From assembly GCA_040510135.1 (NCBI GenBank), contig JBEVJN010000061.1, positions 18,469 through 82,468 on the forward strand: a stretch of DNA of 64,000 nt, read 5' to 3'. Below the pieces are notes generated by a model that was given only the letters and a program-made list of their open reading frames with translations, did no database searches and was not told where the DNA came from. Within the stretch, counting starts at the first letter, position 1; each line of letters opens with the position of its first letter. This document shows positions 62,619-64,000 of the stretch, piece after piece. This stretch comes from Acidimicrobiia bacterium (lineage in GTDB: Bacteria > Actinomycetota > Acidimicrobiia > Spongiisociales > ZC4RG35). Position numbers and translations under genes: made by a program.

Positions 62619-62970
62619 GTTCTTCCGCTCGCTGTTCTCCGCCAACCTCTTCGTAACCGGGATCATCCTCACCATTGCCGCGGTGGCCTTGTTCTATGGG
62701 TCGATCTACCTGTTCAACTACACCAACCTGGGGAAGCGACTCGGATTCCTGGTCACCGGGGCTGCGGTGTTCGGCTGGCTGACCATCACCTCGATGCTGT
62801 TCGTGGTGTATGCACCACGCGGCCCCAAGCCGGCCGACATCGAGGGGCTGAACGCGTTCGAGATCAGGATCATCCCGATCACTTACCTGTTGGTGTCTCT
62901 GGTGCTCTTCCTCGCCTTCCTGGTGGCGCTGCATCAATACGAGGAAGTTCAAGAGAAATCCACGGCGTAG
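62605..62970 (+). CDS. small three-TM membrane protein, last gene of the operon
   Basis: GGAGG (62594-62598) lies 6 nt upstream of an in-frame TTG at 62605, with an alternative ATG at 62587. It overlaps the cytochrome c stop. Reads FFREFFRSLFSANLFVTGIILTIAAVALFYG...FLVTGAAVFGWLTITSMLFVV...IIPITYLLVSLVLFLAFLVAL. Confidence 0.55.
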   Translation: MFFREFFRSLFSANLFVTGIILTIAAVALFYGSIYLFNYTNLGKRLGFLVTGAAVFGWLTITSMLFVVYAPRGPKPADIEGLNAFEIRIIPITYLLVSLVLFLAFLVALHQYEEVQEKSTA

Positions 62971-62980
62971 CTGTGTCTGT

Positions 62981-63022
62981 CCGTCGTATGTGATACGACG
63001 GATCCCGTCAAAGACGGGATCC
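62981..63022. terminator. two abutting perfect hairpins between convergent operon end and rex
   Basis: CCGTCGTAT-GTG-ATACGACGG (62981-63001) and GGATCCCGTC-AAA-GACGGGATCC (63000-63022). The second overlaps the last rex codons. No U-tract. Confidence 0.45.
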
Positions 63023-63625
63023 GTAATAGCTCAACACCTGTAGCTCCATCGACAGGTCGACCTGACGCACCGAAACCTTGTCCGGCACGTTCACCCGGAT
63101 TGGTGCGAAATTGAGGATCGAGCGAATCCCATGCTCCACGAGACGATCGGCAACCTGTTGGGCTGCCACCGCGGGCACGGCAAGGATGGCGATTTCGAAG
63201 GTCTTCGACTGGCAATCGCCATCGAGCACGTCCAGATCCTGGATGATGACGCTGCCCACCGTAGATCCGATCTTCCGGACGTCTGTGTCGTACAAGGCCA
63301 CGACATCGAAGCCCCGGCGACTCAGCCCGGCGTAGTTGGCCAGAGCTCGGCCCAGGTTCCCCGCTCCGACGATCGCGACCCGTTGCCGATCGGCGATCCC
63401 GAGCTCCTGGCGAATCCGCGCCTTGAGCTCCGCCACCGAATAGCCGATCCCTCTGACCCCGTGGAAGTCGATATGGGAGAGGTCCCTGCGGACGTTGGCC
63501 GCATTGGCGCCTGCTGCGGTCGCCAACTCCTCCGAGCTGACGACATCCTTCGATGAATCCAGATCTTCCAGCAGTCGCAGATAACGGGGCAGGCGGACGA
63601 CTGTGGCCTTTGGGATTTCATTCAC
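63008..63625 (-). CDS. rex: redox-sensing transcriptional repressor Rex
   Basis: IPKATVVRLPRYLRLLEDL winged-helix N-terminus, and VAIVGAGNLGRALANY Rossmann NADH-binding motif. 205 aa. Confidence 0.9.
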   Translation of the reverse strand: MNEIPKATVVRLPRYLRLLEDLDSSKDVVSSEELATAAGANAANVRRDLSHIDFHGVRGIGYSVAELKARIRQELGIADRQRVAIVGAGNLGRALANYAGLSRRGFDVVALYDTDVRKIGSTVGSVIIQDLDVLDGDCQSKTFEIAILAVPAVAAQQVADRLVEHGIRSILNFAPIRVNVPDKVSVRQVDLSMELQVLSYYGSRL

Positions 63626-63696
63626 AAGCTCACGATAAACCGGCGCGACGTGCTCGGAATCCCCGCAGGTGAGCAGGCCTTCTAACCTCTCCTTCG

Positions 63697-64000
63697 ATGT
63701 CTTCTCCCTCGGTCCTCGTCGTCGGTGGCGGACCTGCCGGATCTGCCGTCGCCTACTGGCTGGCCCGGGAGGGCCACGACGTGACCTTGGTCGAGAAGAA
63801 GGAGTACCCCCGGGACAAGACGTGTGGTGATGGTCTGACCCCGAGGGCGATCCTCCAGCTCCAGGAGATGGGATTCGACTTCGACGTGAAGGAGTTCCAT
63901 CGCATCACCGGTCTTCGCTCTTACGCCGGCGACGAGTACGTCGAGCTCGAATGGCCTGAGCACTCGCGCTTCCCCAGTTGGGGAGGCGTGATGAGACGGA
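63697..64000 (+). CDS. geranylgeranyl-reductase-family FAD-dependent oxidoreductase, 3' end outside the window
   Basis: The ATG at 63697 gives MSSPSVLVVGGGPAGSAVAYWLAREGHDVTLVEKKEYPRDKTCGDGLTPRA, and the frame stays open to the window edge. Confidence 0.8.
   Translation, partial: MSSPSVLVVGGGPAGSAVAYWLAREGHDVTLVEKKEYPRDKTCGDGLTPRAILQLQEMGFDFDVKEFHRITGLRSYAGDEYVELEWPEHSRFPSWGGVMRR

Overview
High-GC, actinobacterium-like chromosomal segment. The lineage hints are LLM/F420-type oxidoreductases, a SigJ-type ECF sigma, an RsiG-like protein, a class II RNR behind tandem NrdR-type boxes, and PspC/LiaF genes. It carries about 65 protein-coding genes, often with overlapping stop/start codons. I found no rRNA, tRNA, CRISPR array, transposase or integrase. 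Most long ORFs antisense to the called genes look like high-GC shadow ORFs and were ignored.

Roughly 1-31 kb is ordinary metabolism, transport and housekeeping (hydrolases, peptidases, MFS and ABC transporter components, dehydrogenases, acyl-CoA ligase, nrdJ). It also holds three decayed gene remnants.

The most interesting content, in descending order:
1. A respiratory supercluster at 53.3-63.0 kb. One arm is a ccoNOP-like operon whose CcoN-like 12-TM subunit contains only three histidines, so it cannot hold the canonical haem/CuB ligands. The other arm is a seven-gene b6-type split cytochrome b/Rieske operon with an embedded 2x[4Fe-4S] ferredoxin, two extra membrane proteins and a dihaem cytochrome c split by a large acidic insertion. 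Three subunits share an N-terminal cytoplasmic motif, and rex lies at the far end.
2. A 1029-aa DUF4062-like / class III cyclase / NB-ARC / TPR STAND protein, next to a kinase-less PspC-LiaF-like operon.
3. A MoaD/ThiS ubiquitin-like domain whose PPVSGG terminus is fused to a polytopic membrane domain.
4. A translationally coupled FGase / DUF1704 / ATP-grasp trio.
5. A Clp1-family P-loop kinase homologue.
6. An RsiG-like protein with two c-di-GMP-type motifs.

All family assignments come from reading the translations and recalling family motifs. No database search was run.
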